A stretch of 21,394 bases of DNA from an uncultured Nitrososphaerales archaeon (GCA_963709405.1 CAVPXM010000079.1:1-21394), one strand, 5' to 3'. Shown: positions 11,568 through 20,909, counted from the first letter of the stretch. Numbers and translations are program-made. The notes: generated by a model not told the origin, from the letters alone.

Positions 11568-12624
11568 ATGATTGACTGGCCTTCGTACAATGAATCACTA
11601 GTCAGACGTGGTCAAGTACTCTTGGATTTTGATGTACTTGATGAATGGGATCATGAATTATCTCAAATGAATGAAGGTAAGGTTGGTGAGCCCTATGACT
11701 ACCCAGATTCATTTATGCAGCTTCTAGGTTACATGAGAGCATATTTCCATCTACCATATAGACAAACACAGGGTGTAGTCATGACTCATGCGAGTAAAAA
11801 AGTTCCAGGCATACCAGATTATAGTACCATTAGTAGACGCATAAACAAACTGGAAATTAAAATCAATGAAAGATTGGGAAATGATATTGTCATTGCTTTA
11901 GACAGCACTGGCATTAAAGTGACTAATCGTGGGAGAATGGATACGACACAAATGGCATGTTAGAAAAGGATATCTAAAGATGCTTTGTTGCATAATTCAG
12001 AAAGATCGTCATCTTGCAATGCTTTTAGTACCTTCTCAGGAATAGGCCAAATGCGGATTACTCCTTTTTAGCTGAATGTTTCAAAGTTAGTTGACTAATA
12101 TCGGATTCGTGCAACAAAGCATCTAAAGATACATGTGGCAGTATGTGGCAGTTGACATCAGAGGAAAAGAATCCTGTCTTTGGAGGTAACAAGTGAAGAG
12201 GTACATGATGGTAGGATACTAAAGAAGTTAGTAGATAATGCTTCTGAAAATAATAATCTGAAGGGTATATCCGCAGACGGTATGTACGATAGCAATAACA
12301 ATTTTAGATACCTATCAAAGAACCACATTAAACCTGGTATAAAGACAAGAAGTAATTCCAAGGTCAAGTCAACTAACTGTCATGCTAGGAATATGTCTGT
12401 AGTAAAACAACAAGCAAACTTCAAAAGATGGAAGCGAAGCGTGACTGATGGACATAGATGGATGGCAGAAACAGTATTCTCTTCTATTAAAAGAATGTTC
12501 GGAGAACATGTAACAGCTAGAAAATTTTCTAACATGGTAAAGGAGAATCTTCCTAAAGGCAACTCTGTATAACATGTTCAATCGAAATGACATAACCATC
12601 AGCATAAATGAACTAAAATCCTAA
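11568..12624 (+). pseudogene. IS5-family (IS903-like) DDE transposase, disrupted
   Basis: DWPSYNESLVRRG, LPYRQTQG, PDYSTISRR, IALDSTGIK, KGYLKIHVAVD (split by the MITE), HDG, ADGMYD and RWMAETVFSSIKRMFGE. Confidence 0.9.
11982..12120. mobile_element. 139-bp MITE with IS903-like ends
   Basis: Terminal inverted repeats gctttgttgca / tgcaacaaagc, flanked by the direct repeat atctaaagat (11972-11981 and 12121-12130). No ORF. Confidence 0.92.
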
Positions 12625-12635
12625 TGGATCATGCA

Positions 12636-13370
12636 TCTATGTAAAAGTTCCTACTTGGCTAGCATATCCTACTATTATCTAATGCTGCTTAGACCAGTCT
12701 TTATTATCTTAGTGTTGGATCCTCTTAAGTTTTGTTTCGTATAGACCAATCTTTCTTTCATTGTATAGTTTCTTGTATGTTAGCATATGCCACATTATAG
12801 TGCATATCTTATTTGCAACATGTGTTATTGCAATGTGACGTCCATGTCTTTTGGCCAGTCTTAGATAGAATTTCCTTAATCTACCGTCAGTTCTAGATGC
12901 AGTATTCAGCTGCTTCAATTAATATCCATCTTACCTTTTTATTACCATCTTTCATCCTTCCCATATACAATGAGTTTCCAGATTGATGCACTGATGGACA
13001 TCATAATCCAGCCCATGATACAAGTTTTTGAGGTGAACTAAATCTGCTAATATCGCCAATTTCAGATGATATCATCATTGCAGAGAAATAATTTATTCCT
13101 GTCATACTCATCAATATTTTAACTGATTCATTATTTGATGCGTCTATCCTTATCTTCGATTCAATATTTTTGATCTCTCTGGTAAGAAATTCAATCTGCT
13201 GAATGTACTCATCTGTAGCAAAAATCTGGTCATTGCCAGTTACTTTTACATCCCTTAGCCATTGTAATCCCTTTATGCCGAAAATCTTGGAATAACTGAA
13301 GTTCAGATCATCATATTTATCAAGAAATGAATGTACCCTATTAATTTCTCTGGTTCTATCCTGTACCACA
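12636..13370 (-). mobile_element. IS110-family element, 3' part (5'-truncated, frameshifted transposase ending at 12709)
   Basis: VQDRTREINRVHSFLDKY, LMSMTGINYFSAMMISSEIGDISRFSSPQKLVSWAGL, PSVHQSG, LRKFYLRL and AITHVANKICTIMWHML. Confidence 0.88.
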
Positions 13371-13371
13371 T

Positions 13372-13636
13372 ACCTCTCATCTACTTTGGAGCGGCTCAAG
13401 GAGTAGTGATAGACGAGGTAGAATCGACGCTATCAGGTGACATAGACCTTCAAGGCTATCTTGGAATGGCTGAGAATGTTAGAAATGGATATGAGAAAAT
13501 AAAGGTTACATTCAAAGTCAAGTCTAATGCACCAAAGGAAAAAGTAAGGGAACTTGTAGAACTTGCACAAAAGAGGTCCCCTGTATTTGATATATTCTCT
13601 AATCCCACACCAGTAGAAGTCTCTCTTCAAGAATAA
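13372..13636 (+). pseudogene. OsmC-like protein, 3' fragment
   Basis: LIYFGAAQGVVIDEVESTLSGDIDLQGYLG...VRNGYEKIKVTFKVKS...AQKRSPVFD. The N-terminal half is replaced by IS110 sequence. Confidence 0.8.
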
Positions 13637-14091
13637 ATGGAATAACAAAAATTTGGCTATAAAGACTGTCAACAAAAATAGAGGATCTAGCCAACCATCA
13701 AATATATCCAGTTCCAATTCTTTTTTGCAGTATTTTCTAGACTCCTTGTAGACTAGAGTTTCATCTTACTCCATAATTTTTGTGAAGTCACCAATTATCA
13801 AAGGCATCAAAAGTTATCCTTATTTACTAGTCCTATTGGGATGATTCTTACTCTCCTGGCTCTCCGATTACTTGTTACAGATACAGTTTCACATTGTCTT
13901 CACTTAAAGATAATCAAATCAATTCCGATTCTGACCAACGTTTCCTAATTCAAAGGATATATTTATAATCCCAAGTCCCAACAATTGTCAGACATCGGGA
14001 ATCGGCGACTGGATCATATCCATGTCTGTTTTCCCATCCAAATATTGCTTAGAGATACTACTGCTTCTCCTCCGGCAAAGACCGTTACCTT

Positions 14092-14420
14092 TCATTCCAA
14101 CTTTCCTTCTATAAGTGGTCTTATCGGAATCTTATCTTTTCGTAATTTAAGCTTATTGAATATGTCTGCGAACTGCTGCTGTTGCTGGGTTTGATCATCA
14201 TCGTCTGCCCCCTTCTTCTTCTATTTCTAATTCTATTCCAATTTCGCTCTTTATCACGTCTTTTCCTTCTCTTGCACCAATAAGAATTATCTGTGCATTT
14301 TTGTAGTCAATCGATTCCGTATCCTTTGTTAATGAAATATAGTTAAGTCTTGTTAAACTCCTTTAGTATTTCAGGTGGATATTTTGTGGCTTCTTGTACT
14401 AGAATAGCCTTCAGCGGGCT
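14092..14420 (-). pseudogene. 3' fragment of a conserved hypothetical protein
   Basis: Frameshifted KYPPEILKEF...IDYKNAQIILIGAREGKDVIKSEIGIELE...ADIFNKLKLRKDKIPIRPLIEGKLE*. Confidence 0.5.
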
Positions 14421-14514
14421 GATATGATACTTGCTCACTGACAATGGCTTTGCCATGGGGGTGTCCCAATTGAGCTATTGAAGCAAATGGTATAGACAAT
14501 ACAAAAATAATTTT

Positions 14515-14725
14515 TCTTAGTTGTCTTGATGGTAAGGTCGTGAGTTACTATCCGATCTAGCGATATATCTTTACTTATGTCATTTGGTTTTAGTTCAGGA
14601 TGATATGTGGTTATGACAGTCCAGATGTTATCAACTTTGAATCTATACCGTATATCATGTAAGGCACGCTTGTCCGCTGGCAGGCTATCGATAAATGACA
14701 CTGATGACATAGAAGAGACCATTGT
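14515..14725 (-). pseudogene. Internal fragment of a hypothetical protein recalled from thaumarchaeal integrated elements
   Basis: LPADKRALHDIRYRFKVDNIWTVI...PNDISKDISL...DLTIKTT. The family association is from memory only. Confidence 0.4.
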
Positions 14726-14733
14726 CGTCATCC

Positions 14734-14941
14734 AGCGCGCCCTTGACTGAACTATATGGCGTCTATGACCATTGAACCAAGTCAGTCCATAAATATGATA
14801 CCTGATTCTCTAAAAATGCTTATAACCTGGGATGTCGCACATCGTATTAGAAGACACATTTTCAGATAAAATTACAATGGATCTGATTTATTGTCCGATA
14901 TAGCCTGCTTTGGAGTACGGATATGAGAGTCAGTTATCTAC
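14734..14941 (+). repeat. Primase-associated non-coding repeat, copy F (long form), directly downstream of primase copy 3
   Basis: Starts at agcgcgcc. Core aaaaatgcttataacctgggatgtcgcacatcgtattagaagacacattttcagata, followed by a tggat/gtccg hairpin and gttatcta. Confidence 0.8.
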
Positions 14942-15430
14942 TTATGATTTATGCAAGTGCGCATTTTCTATCTTTAGCTTTTCGAGACTTATTGGCAGAT
15001 AACCATTCCTCTTTGCAGTATTAATATTATATTTGATTATATAATTAGGATTAAACTGCAGTCGCCTTAAATTATGACACCTATCAAGCCAATCCCTTAT
15101 AGTATGGAAAGCCTCATCAGCAGAACTTTTTCTAATATTAATAAGATAAGGGGCCAGGATGTGCCATATTGCAAATTTTCTGTAATCGCCTATTGGAGTT
15201 TGCAGTAGTTTTCAATCCACCAAATTTTAGTTGAATTTGCGGTCTTGACGTGCGTATCCGCCAACAGTTAGTCTCCGCAATGTTTTCATTAATTAGCCAT
15301 ATTCTAAATTCGCGCAAGAGACATTTTATTGCAGGTTTTTGACCATCCCAACTCTGTATAATCTCGACTACCTGACTACACTTTGAATTCGTGTGCCGGG
15401 AACTCTGACAAGACATGAATTGACCGCGGA
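14942..15430 (-). pseudogene. AEP primase-PriX fusion, copy 3 (5'-truncated, frameshifted)
   Basis: VNSCLVRVP..TNSKCSQVVEIIQSWDGQKPAIK.LLREFRIWLINE...TPIGDYRKFAIWHILAPYLINIRK...YLPISLEKLKIENAHLHKS*. Confidence 0.85.
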
Positions 15431-15448
15431 AATTTTTTTATTTCTTTA

Positions 15449-15741
15449 TTATCCCTGTATCCTTGAAATCGCCTTCTTCAAATCATCCAAATTCATTGCA
15501 GGATTTATTTCTACGTTGGCTTCGAATGCCTGAAATAAAGGTTCTGCAATGTTCGGGATCATATCTGGACTTGGCAAATCCAAAACAAAGACCATAGTTC
15601 TGTTTCCATTCACTTCAGTAAAGTATGCGGCCTCACAGTTGAACTTCTTGGTATAGTCTTCGATAGTCTTCAAGAAATTAGGATCTTAACCATCTTGTTG
15701 CCGGCAGTTGTTGGAATCATTGCTCTAATTAATACTCTCAT
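15449..15741 (-). CDS. Small GYD/DUF3303-like protein (~97 aa), one frameshift
   Basis: MRVLIRAMIPTTAGNKMVK-DPNFLKTIEDYTKKFNCEAAYFTEVNGNRTMVFVLDLPSPDMIPNIAEPLFQ...PAMNLDDLKKAI. ATG at 15741, frameshift near 15690. Confidence 0.7.
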
Positions 15742-15944
15742 GTCAATTCGTCAAAGTAAGCCGGTCGCGCCTCGATAATTAATCTTTCTATCTGAACTCA
15801 AAAATGATAAGAAAATGAACACAATTCTTAGTCATTATCTTTTAGGCAACTCAACATCCCCGCAAGGTTTCCAGTTTTGTATATCTAGCGATGGAATTCA
15901 GGAAAGGCATTGGATATGGTGCAAGGTGGATTGGTATTATATAA

Positions 15945-16057
15945 CACCCGAGATACCCGGGTTATTTCCTAATCAAGAAAAGAATTAGAAGAACATAGGA
16001 CAATATAATAACAGAAAATTATAATAGGATTCAAAACTATCCCGGGTATCACGGGTG
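15945..16057. repeat. 17-bp GC-rich inverted repeat flanking a 79-bp AT-rich spacer
   Basis: cacccgagatacccggg (15945-15961) and cccgggtatcacgggtg (16041-16057) are complementary at 16 of 17 positions. Confidence 0.85.
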
Positions 16058-16518
16058 CAATTTTAGGACAATAAAGTGTAGCGCTGCTAGTATAGCAGGG
16101 TTTCCTGCCAGTCTTATCTTATACTAGATCTTCCCTAAATTCCATTTAGTACCATCGTCTCCAGAGCCAGGAGCTTATCGAGCACTATATCTTGGTAACT
16201 CTCTACCTCAAGATTTCACTTCCAATCTATTCTATCTCTTCTGCACAATAACTGTTGGTTTTGGCCGTGATTATATTAAAAAGGCTCAATATCCGCATTA
16301 AGTATCTATTATGAGCAATAAAAAATACTTATGATTTCTATATTCTGCATTGTAAGAGAGTAAAAATGTATCATTTAGCTAATAACACATATGGTTTCGA
16401 ATAATCATTTAAAATCAATATCAGAATGTGAAGCGGTGACCATATGGCAAATAAATGATAATGCTCTACACTTCGATGGATCACATTTTGTAAAGAAGGA
16501 GGTTGTCATCTACTCTAA

Positions 16519-17965
16519 TTGACAAAATACCTTGTCGAAATATATGCTGAAAGTAAGAAAGGACTAAGGAACTTGGAAGGTCTAAATCTGGATATCAAGA
16601 CTCGTACTGCAAACAAAGAAGATGACAATAAATACTCAGTTACTGGCATTCTTTCTACAAAAGAAATTCAGGATGTAGAATCGAAGGGTTACCAGACAAA
16701 GATTATTTTAGATCTTTCCAAGGAAGCCACAAACCGTTTGAAGGAAGTTTCTTCAATCAATCTGTTCGCAGATATAAAAAATCTTTCTGAACTCATGATG
16801 AAAGCCACAATTCAATATTTGAATACAGGAGAAGTGGAAACAATTTTAACAACAATCCATAGGCTTTACCCGGCCATGGTTACCATCATAGAACTCCCAG
16901 AAAAGACACATGGTTTGCATACATCTCATGCTGTGCTAGTCCATACTACAGGTAACAGCAATAACAGCATCAGCAATTTTAAGCGCCCTGGTGTGTTGTT
17001 TACAGGAAGCATGCATGCAAGAGAATGGGGCGGGTCAGATATTTGCATAAACTTCCTAGTTAACTTGATAAATGCTTACAATACAAAAACGGATCTCACT
17101 TACGGCGATATGACTTTTCCGTCTTATGAAATAAGAAATATGCTTGAAAATATCGATATAATTGTATTTCCAGACGTAAATCCTGATGCAAAGAAATACT
17201 CACAAGCTGCAGATGATCCTGGTATACCTACAAGTATGGAGGGTATATGGTGGCGTAAAAATCGCAATCCTGACATAGTTCCAAACGGTGATAATCCGAA
17301 CCATGCGACAGGTGTAGACATAAACCGTAACTTTGATTTTCTTTGGAGTAGTGGAATAAACACAGTAAACAAAAATGGAACTAATTCTAGTGAAACATAT
17401 GGAGGGAAAGCAACTTTCTCAGAACCTGAATCGAGGAACGTCAAATCCATATTTGATATATACAAAAACATCTGCTATTTTGTAGATATTCATAGTTTCG
17501 GTGGAAAAATTCTATATAGTTGGGGTGACGATGCAGATCAATCAATCAATCCTCAATTGAATTTTACAAATCCAGAATACAAAGATGTACGAGGTATTCT
17601 AAAAGGTGATGGAGTTAAAGAGTACAAAGAATATATTCCAAAAGATGATCATGATACAGTAATTTACCTTGCTAATAAAATGAACGGCGCGTTAACATTG
17701 GTTCGTGGTCAACCTTACAAGGTTGAGCAATCAGTAGGCCTTTATGCCACATCTGCTACCTCTGATGATTATGCCTACAGTAGACACGTATATACACAAA
17801 GATGATGGCAAGATTTATAGCTTTACGATAGAATTCGACAGTAATAAAATGGGATTTATTCCACCAATTACTGAAATGAGAAATATTATAAAAGAGATAA
17901 GCTCTGCTATGACAGAACTTTGCATGATAGCATATAATATACATTGTAGTCCAATTCTAAGCTAA
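16519..17965 (+). CDS. M14-family zinc carboxypeptidase with an N-terminal prodomain-like region, one frameshift near 17795
   Basis: HAREW, WWRKNR, GVDINRNF, FSEPES, DIHSFG, YSWG and TSDDYAY. The catalytic-Glu segment YSFTIEF lies in ORF 17744-17965. Confidence 0.92.
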
Positions 17966-18631
17966 TTATAGAATAGTGTCCGTTCTGAAGTCTTATTACA
18001 GCTTATAGACTGATGAATTTATTGTAAAGCATTACTTTCAATCCTGCTTCTACTTTCTGTGCTCTAAATTTCTTTGAAAGTAGATCTTCACCTAATACAA
18101 TACAAGCTACATATAATAATGAAACTGGCCCGCGCGCCCCTTAACGTTCCCGCAGGTTTCCCGTGTATACTCAAATTGAGCGTCAATTTGCGTGTTTTCA
18201 GACGGGAATCTTTTCTAATGGATGTTCCTCGGTTCCCAGTCATCGATTTGTTTTATTGATGCCTGACTATAAGCTTCCGAAAATGATATCGAGGAAGCTG
18301 AAAATTACAAGTAATACCAAGGATATTATCTTGATAAATCGCAATTTAAGTGATAAGTGATTATGCTGAATTACTGAGTATCACATTGTGAGACATTACT
18401 GAACGATGTTCCATATTGCAGTCACTATACTTATTCTAACAAATCAATTAATGCCTATTAGTATAGAATGGTTCAGATGGCGTTTATAATGACAGCCAAA
18501 TGGCACATACAAAGAGATCTAATTTCGTATAGCTTTTACCTAGTATTGTAGTGATAAGGCGAAGTAGCATTACTTACTAATAAGAAACGATGCTGACCAA
18601 AATAATTATTCATTAATAACTAACTGACATT

Positions 18632-19534
18632 ATGCCAATTCAAGTAAAGGGTTTTGGATGGAAGCGTGATCACAATGATCCAAGAGATTTTACGCCAGAA
18701 CACAAGGAAATTCATGAAATTCTGACATTGAAGGGAACTAAAAAACCAAGAAAAATATCTGCTGTAGACTTACCGAAAAAATTGGACAATCGTAAATGGT
18801 GTTCGCCTGTTGAAGATCAAGGTCATTTAGGAAGTTGTACTGCAAATGCAGGTGTAGGGATGTACGAATATATGGAAAACAAGGCGAGGAGAAAATACAT
18901 AGATGGCTCGAGGCTCTTTTTGTATAAAGCCACAAGATTGCTTATGGGACAGGAAGGAATAGGTGACTCTGGTGCTTATATTAGGACAACATTGGGTGCC
19001 ATACGACTTTTTGGAATTCCATATGAACAGTTCTGGCAGTATACAGATGATCCAGACAAATTCGATAAAATGCCAGATCCTTGGCTATGGGTATTAGGAC
19101 AATATTTCCGAGCACTCAAATACTTTAGATTAGACTATTCTGCAGATGGCAAGGAAAATATACAAAGAATGAAAGAATTTGTCACCAAAGGATATGCTCT
19201 GGACTTTGGATTTGTTGTTTTTAGTTCTTACAAAGATGCAGAAAAAAATGGTGGCATATTCCTATATCCATCAGCTCAGGAATCAGTTGTAGGAGGACAT
19301 TCTGTGCTTATTGTTGGATTTGATGATGATAAGGTTGCAAAAAATCCGAGAGACAATAATACGAAAAAAGGTTGTTTTCTTATTAGAAATTCGTGGGGCG
19401 AATCATGGGGTGAATATGGTTATGGATGGATTCCTTACGAGTACTTTATACTGAATGCCAATGGAGACGTCTTAGCAGACGATGTTTGGACTATAACGCA
19501 AGAGGACTGGGTTGACTCAGGAGAATTTTTTTAA
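18632..19534 (+). CDS. Papain-family (C1A) cysteine protease
   Basis: Intact 300-aa ORF with DQGHLGSCTANA (Q, C), SRLFLY, GGHSVLIVGFDD (H) and IRNSWGESWGEYGYGW (N). Confidence 0.95.
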   Translation: MPIQVKGFGWKRDHNDPRDFTPEHKEIHEILTLKGTKKPRKISAVDLPKKLDNRKWCSPVEDQGHLGSCTANAGVGMYEYMENKARRKYIDGSRLFLYKATRLLMGQEGIGDSGAYIRTTLGAIRLFGIPYEQFWQYTDDPDKFDKMPDPWLWVLGQYFRALKYFRLDYSADGKENIQRMKEFVTKGYALDFGFVVFSSYKDAEKNGGIFLYPSAQESVVGGHSVLIVGFDDDKVAKNPRDNNTKKGCFLIRNSWGESWGEYGYGWIPYEYFILNANGDVLADDVWTITQEDWVDSGEFF

Positions 19535-19750
19535 AGTCTCATATTTATTGGATGTCCACTTTACCCATCCAACATCCCGTAATTAGTCCTACAAAAGCTA
19601 AGTGGTAGCATTTGTCTATTCACGTAAATAATTAATTCAAAGATATTTTGTGAAGATGTAAACTATATCTGACCTTGTTCAAAGCGAGGGATGAATTAAT
19701 CAATAAGGAAGAGTATAGCCGAATTAATCATTATGTGAATTCACTAATGA

Positions 19751-20810
19751 TTATTGATTTGAGGTTAGCATATTATACAAATCCGTATTTTCTGTCTTTA
19801 GCTTCTCCAGACTTATCGGTAGATAACCATTCCTCTTTGCAGTATTAATATTATATTTGATCATATAATTAGGATTAAACTCTAATCGCCTTAAAGAATT
19901 ACATCTGTCAAGCCAATCCTTTATCGTATTGGAAGCCTCATCAGCAGAACATTTTCTAATATTAATAAGATAAGGGGCCAGGATACGCCACACTACAAAT
20001 TTCCTATAATCATCTATTGGAGTTTGTAGTAGTTTTTCGATCCACCAGATCTTAGTCGAATTGGTGGTCTGAGCGCGCGCCTCTTTTACCATTTTCAACA
20101 GTCTGCGTTGTTCTATCTTTTCATCTATGAGCCATCTTCTAAAATGAGCGTAATAGATAGTTTATCGCAGGCCTTTGGCCATCCCATCTTTGTATAATTT
20201 TGACTACCTGCCCACATTTCGAATTAATTGTCCCTGGAATCCTAACCAAACATGAATTTATAGATGGATTATGTTGAGGATCTCCTTTCTTATTCGTTAG
20301 AAAGTCTTCTGCAAATTGCATGAATTTACTGGTGTAGATCTTTTCCATTAGGATCTATAAATTTTGCAAATACGTCTTCTTCTTCCAAGATAAATCCATC
20401 CATTGGTTGGTAAATATGATAGCCATTGCCAGTCCATAATACAGTAGGATGGCCATGCATAATAGTTTCGATCTTCTTTAAGACTCTATTCATAGCTCTA
20501 TCAAGTTTATCTTTCGATGCAAAGTCTTTAAGATCTATATCTATCATTAGAAAACTTGGTGGAGTTCTATTAATACCATCATATTTGGTAAATGAAGGAT
20601 ATGCATTGATCCTGCAATCTTCATAGTTTGATGCTCTAAAATATTCAAGGACTTCCTGTATATTGAACGCTTCCTTTTGGTACCCGAAGAGCTTTGGTCA
20701 TTATATTCCTTGGGAAAATGGGCTCTTGGAAGTGTGATAGTATGAAGTTTAGATTCTGGTCTACCTCATTTAATTTCTGACTACTAAGGGGGTAAATTTC
20801 TTTCTGTGAG
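19751..20810 (-). CDS. AEP primase-PriX fusion, copy 4 (near full length, frameshifted)
   Basis: NLNFILSHFQEPIFPRNI, DCRINAYPSF, MIDID, WTGNGYHIY, CLVRIPGTINSK and WWIEKLLQTPIDDYRKFVVWRILAPYLINIRK...IKDWLDRC...GYLPISLEKLK. It is split over ORFs 20326-20547, 20139-20348 and 19751-20098; the start is uncertain. Confidence 0.88.
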
Positions 20811-20909
20811 GAGGTGAAAGAAATAATCTGTTAGAATGCTACCCAAAGATGCACGTGCATTATTTTCGGGGTTTTTCTACTTAGGAGTAGAGTTGGAGGA
20901 TGGCATAGA

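Larger units (their letters stand above)
11485..12635 (+). mobile_element. IS5-family insertion sequence (IS903-like), interrupted by a MITE, right inverted repeat truncated
   Basis: Left end gctttgttgcatgattc at 11485 resembles the IS903 end GGCTTTGTTG. Only the inner part of the right IR is present (ggatcatgca, 12626-12635). Confidence 0.85.

Noticed and set aside
13331-13399. Overlapping starts of the IS110 and OsmC ORFs as real gene starts
   Set aside because: Both are chance starts across a deletion junction, and each gene lacks its N-terminal part.
3565-14941. CRISPR array or integron attC interpretation of the dispersed repeats
   Set aside because: The copies are long, divergent and kilobases apart, with no repeat-spacer periodicity, no cas genes, no attC-type RYYYAAC/GTTRRRY ends and no integron integrase.
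19620-19750. Seventh copy of the non-coding repeat downstream of primase copy 4
   Set aside because: There is only faint resemblance (tatagcc at a similar distance from the stop), which is not supportable without an alignment.
1185-20626. Short antisense ORFs (e.g. 1185-1475, 2321-2590, 4678-4899, 5127-5363, 8924-9160, 17124-17471, 18738-18935, 20426-20626)
   Set aside because: They are shadow frames of better-supported genes on the opposite strand.
565-20810. Programmed frameshifting as the explanation for split genes
   Set aside because: Indels affect many unrelated genes and often lie in homopolymers. Sequencing error or decay is simpler, and the two cannot be separated without reads.
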